Source: Marsupella aquatica
Lineage: Eukaryota > Plantae > Marchantiophyta
NCBI GenBank assembly: GCA_973895155.1
Contig: OZ316898.1
Span: 19,169,292 to 19,233,291, forward strand
Length of the DNA stretch: 64,000 nt
Direction of reading: 5' to 3'
The notes beneath the pieces are model-generated. The model was not told the origin of the DNA, searched no databases, and worked only from the letters and a program-made list of their open reading frames with translations. Below, piece after piece: positions 60,372 through 64,000 of this stretch (positions are counted from its first letter, which is position 1; the number at the start of each line of letters is the position of its first letter). The position numbers and the translations under genes are program-made.

Positions 60372-61994
60372 CATTTTCTTATGTGGGCGACGTCCGAGTG
60401 TTCTTGCCACTCGGTGCTTTGCTCTCAAAGCTCGGCGGAATGTCGCTGTGGCGACGCAAGCTTGTCTTTCTGGATTGTATTTCTTTCATAGTCCAGCGCC
60501 TACATGCCTCCCGCATTGGTGACCATGGGCCTGATGGACGAGAAAAATGTGGGTAAATCTGTACAAGCTGTGGATAGATTTTTCGTTGGAGAACGTTGGC
60601 TGGCCAATAGCTGCAGGTAGCTCGATCTCTGCTAGCAAACTTTGAATGATCCCTCGGCCTCCAGTCCTATAGAAATTCCAATACTTTATTCTTTCACTTA
60701 GGAGTAGTCAGAGGAATGGCATGGTAGAGTGGGCTGCGATGCTTCCCGGGCGTTCTTTTCTCCTCCTTCGACTGAGTTTGAAGGGACCATCAAAGGTGAT
60801 GTGAGCTGGATGAACTTAGTCGAGACTACCCGGGGATCTGTGGTTTCGTTGTACAAAGTAGAAATGGAGACGTCGGAACGCTGTTGGTGAGGATGTGGAC
60901 ATGATGTCAGCGGAAATGATGTACAGGACTCGGGTTTTAGTGCCCTGGAATGTTTCCGTATCCCTTTCTCTAAACTAAAATTGAAGACGTACAAGGGTTC
61001 TTCTAATTTTAGTCAACGGCGTCCTGATATAGCCACGGCAGAGCTTTCCACTGACGGACAACGAAACTGCTGATAAAACCATCCACCAGGGGATGGACAG
61101 ACATGTAGGTCTCTTGTCATCTTCTGACGTTCGGTTTGCTGTAGGACACTTAGATGCCTTCGATTCTAGACTATGTCCTGGAGATCATCACTCAGAACTG
61201 TTTCTCGTAGGAGACAATGAGGCATAGAACGTCTTTACTGGTGAAGGTGAATGTGACCAAAGCTTTGTACGATGTAACCTCATGTACCGCGAAACTGCGA
61301 TAACGTGCTCCTGTGAACGGACGGACATGTTGGCCTCGTGCTGTCACCTGATATTATTGTTTTTATGATACTGGTGCATGAATGCATCATGCATGATTCT
61401 AGATTAGCATTGCCGTATATTAGTCCTTATCTCATATACGGAGAGTATCGCCGGACTACCTGCGGAATGTAGCAGTCGCTGGGTTGCCATCACATGTTCA
61501 ATCTAGGGTAGGAGATTATGAAGATAGCAGTGTAATTGGGCTCGGCAGGACGGAATGTAGGCAACAATAGTATTGATCATACACTCATAATCCTCTAAAT
61601 TCAGGAGGATGTCAAGTTGGGGTCGGCCGTAAGCAGTTCCCAATCCTGGCATCTCGGTAAATTAGGATAGCACTCATACATGGAGTTCTTGATACCACGA
61701 GAGCATGCGCTTGCCTTCACAGGAGCAGCCTAAGACACTCCGGAATTATTCTCTGCCTATCCTTCGGCTGGGAAGTTTTGTTTATCTGGAAAACTTGGAA
61801 GTGCCATAGTCCTGTCTCACAGTGGCGGCTAGCAAGAAGTGATGCTTCATGATTGAAGCCCTCGGGTTGAACCTTGCCTGTGGAGGTTTCCAAAACATTT
61901 TTCCTGGTGACTTTGATTTTGAAGTGTGCTTAGATTACGCACTCCAGTGTTTCAATGCATTGGAGGACGAATTGCCGTTTGACCGATCGGTCAA

Positions 61995-62420
61995 ATATCA
62001 GGAATAAGCATCTGCGTCGTTGTCACTACAAGCATGTGAGAAGTCAAGTGAATAGGAAATTTAGAATTTGGCTATTCACCGGACTCATTGAAATTTGAGA
62101 GAGCTTAGATGTAAAATATCAGGAATGACCATCTGCATCATTGTCACTTCAAGCATGTGAGAAGTCAAGTGAGTAGAAAATTTAGAATTTGGCAATTCAC
62201 CGGACTCATTGAAATTTGAGTGGGCCTAGATATGTATCGACGAAGATTGGAATTTAGGCCATTTAAACCCACAGTAACTTGAACCCAATAATAGAGATAG
62301 AAGGTCAAAATTGAGAGCAGGGCAACGAACATCGAATTTATGCCATTTAAACCTACAGGAACTTGAACCCAATAATAGAGATAGAAGGTCAGAATTGAGA
62401 GAAGGGCAACGAACATTGAC
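61995..62420. repeat. Two adjacent tandem duplications (~120 bp x2 and ~81 bp x2)
   Basis: AAGCATGTGAGAAGTCAAGTGA...ATTCACCGGACTCATTGAAATTTGAG occurs twice; AACTTGAACCCAATAATAGAGATAGAAGGTCA occurs twice. Confidence 0.9.
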
Positions 62421-62565
62421 AACGGGATTCGATAGACCAGGATGGAAGAATCCCACATCAAGGACTACCGACCATTTCACGTTGGCCCCCTCCCATGCAC
62501 ATCATTTCCGGTTGAAAAATCATTGACCCGAGAGCCAAGTAGTCAGTGACAGTGGTTATGCTACA

Positions 62566-63210
62566 CTAGCCCCATGCCCGTGCGTTGCACGAAAGATGTT
62601 GAGTGAGATCAAGATGTTGAGGTGAGGGCAAGATTTTGAGTGAGGGCAAAATTTCTAGGTGAGGGCAAGACGTCGAGGTAAGGGCAAGATTCCGAGTGAG
62701 GGCTGGATGTCGAGGTGAATGCAACATTTTGAGGTTAAGGCAAGATGTCAAGGTGAGGACAAGATTTTGAGGTGAGGGCAAGATGTCGAGTGAGGGGAAG
62801 ATGTTGAGGCAAGGGCAAGACGTTGAGGAGAGACAAAGATTTTGAGGAGAGGGTAAGATGTCGAGGAAATGCGAAGATGTCAAGGAGATGCGAAGATGTC
62901 AAGGAGATGCAAAGATGTTCAACAGAAGGCCAGATGTCGAGGAGAGGCAAAGATGTCCAGGCGAGAGCAAGATGTCAATGGGAGAGAAAGATGTCAAGGC
63001 GAGACAAAAAATGTTTGGATGAGGGCAAGATGTCGAGGCAAGGGCCAGATGTCGAAGATGTCAAGGCGAGACAAAAAATGTTTAGATGAGGGCAAGATGT
63101 CGAGGCAAGGGCCAGATGTCGAGGATGTCGAGGAGATGCGAAGATGTTGAGGCAAGGGCAAGATGTCGAGGAGAGGCAAAGATGTCAAGCGAGATCAAAG
63201 CAAGGCAAAA
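62566..63210 (-). mobile_element. Helitron 3' end with a ~19-bp subterminal tandem repeat array (AAGATGTCGAGGCAAGGGC)
   Basis: The minus strand reads CGTGCAACGCACG (hairpin) GGCATGGGG CTAG|T. The repeat array spans 62593-63200. The 5' end was not identified. Confidence 0.75.
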
Positions 63211-64000
63211 GACAAATAATTACAGAGAAATTAAGGCAATGTTCAGAAATAAATTAAAGGAAATAAAAGCAAAAAAACAGACACAAAAGGCAAAGTGGGA
63301 GAAACCCAACATACTGAAAGGGAGTTAGAGGAATAGTGTCCAGAGCTATTAATGGAGTTTTGCAGATCAAGGGCCACAAAAAACTTCTTTTCCATCCAAT
63401 GGTTGAGGTTGAGCCTGGCCCAATCTTGCGACTATAAGCAGATGATCCCATAAATGGATGGGATCCCTTATTGTGTGATAGCCCAATGCCCAAGAATTTG
63501 AGGCGAGGCAAGGATGTTGAAGAGAGTGAAAATGTCAAGGCAGGAGCAAGACAGAAATGTTGAGGCAAGACAACAATGTGGAGGAGGGAAACACTTTTTG
63601 CTTTAATGTTTTATTTTTCAAGATTTTGATAAATAAGTATTTTTATGCACAAAAAACTATAAGTTTCCATCATGGGAAAGCTTTTGGCTGGCAAAAATAT
63701 TATCCCCTCTATCATTTTCTTGCTTTGCAGTTTTTTCCATGTACTCAACTTTATTTTACTTCTTTTTGTCCCTTTATCTTTAGAAACCAACCTCTCCCCT
63801 CTCCCTCCTTGTGGCTTTTCCCTTTTATCTTTGAAAACCAGCCCTCTCCCTTCCTTGTGGCTTCAAGTCTCTAGGGTATTTATATAACTTGGGACAGTAA
63901 TAGATATACTACGACCCCAATTGTCCCTCAGTGACAATTATTGTTTGTAGATGTACCTTATAATCATACTCTATGCAAAATACAAAAAATTTGACATGCC

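Noticed and set aside
62566-63328. Overlapping repetitive ORFs
   Set aside because: Products of the 19-bp Helitron-associated repeat

Overview
Eukaryotic land-plant nuclear DNA. Gene style and TE types suggest a bryophyte or liverwort, but that is inference. Bases 1-12.7 kb are a transposon pile: the right end of a CACTA element inserted into a degenerate minus-strand Ty1/copia, then a full-length but dead Ty1/copia (341-bp LTRs, CTAAG TSD) carrying three nested insertions. Six host genes follow: an intronless Rab11/RabA GTPase, the U11/U12 snRNP 48-kDa protein (SNRNP48), a 3'-truncated plastid-type FAD monooxygenase, an intronless RNI-like LRR protein (EMB2004-like), a DOXC 2-oxoglutarate/Fe(II) dioxygenase and a GT34 glycosyltransferase. 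Intergenic DNA holds CRE-like RLE non-LTR retrotransposon fragments, a 1-kb MULE, hAT and other MITEs, a tRNA-derived SINE, Helitron ends and minisatellites. The most notable signal is a tandem pair of U12-type 5' splice-site motifs (GTATCCTT-N4-ATATCCTT) 54 nt downstream of a candidate 3' splice site in the SNRNP48 3' UTR. It looks like a USSE-type minor-spliceosome autoregulatory (splicing/NMD) switch.
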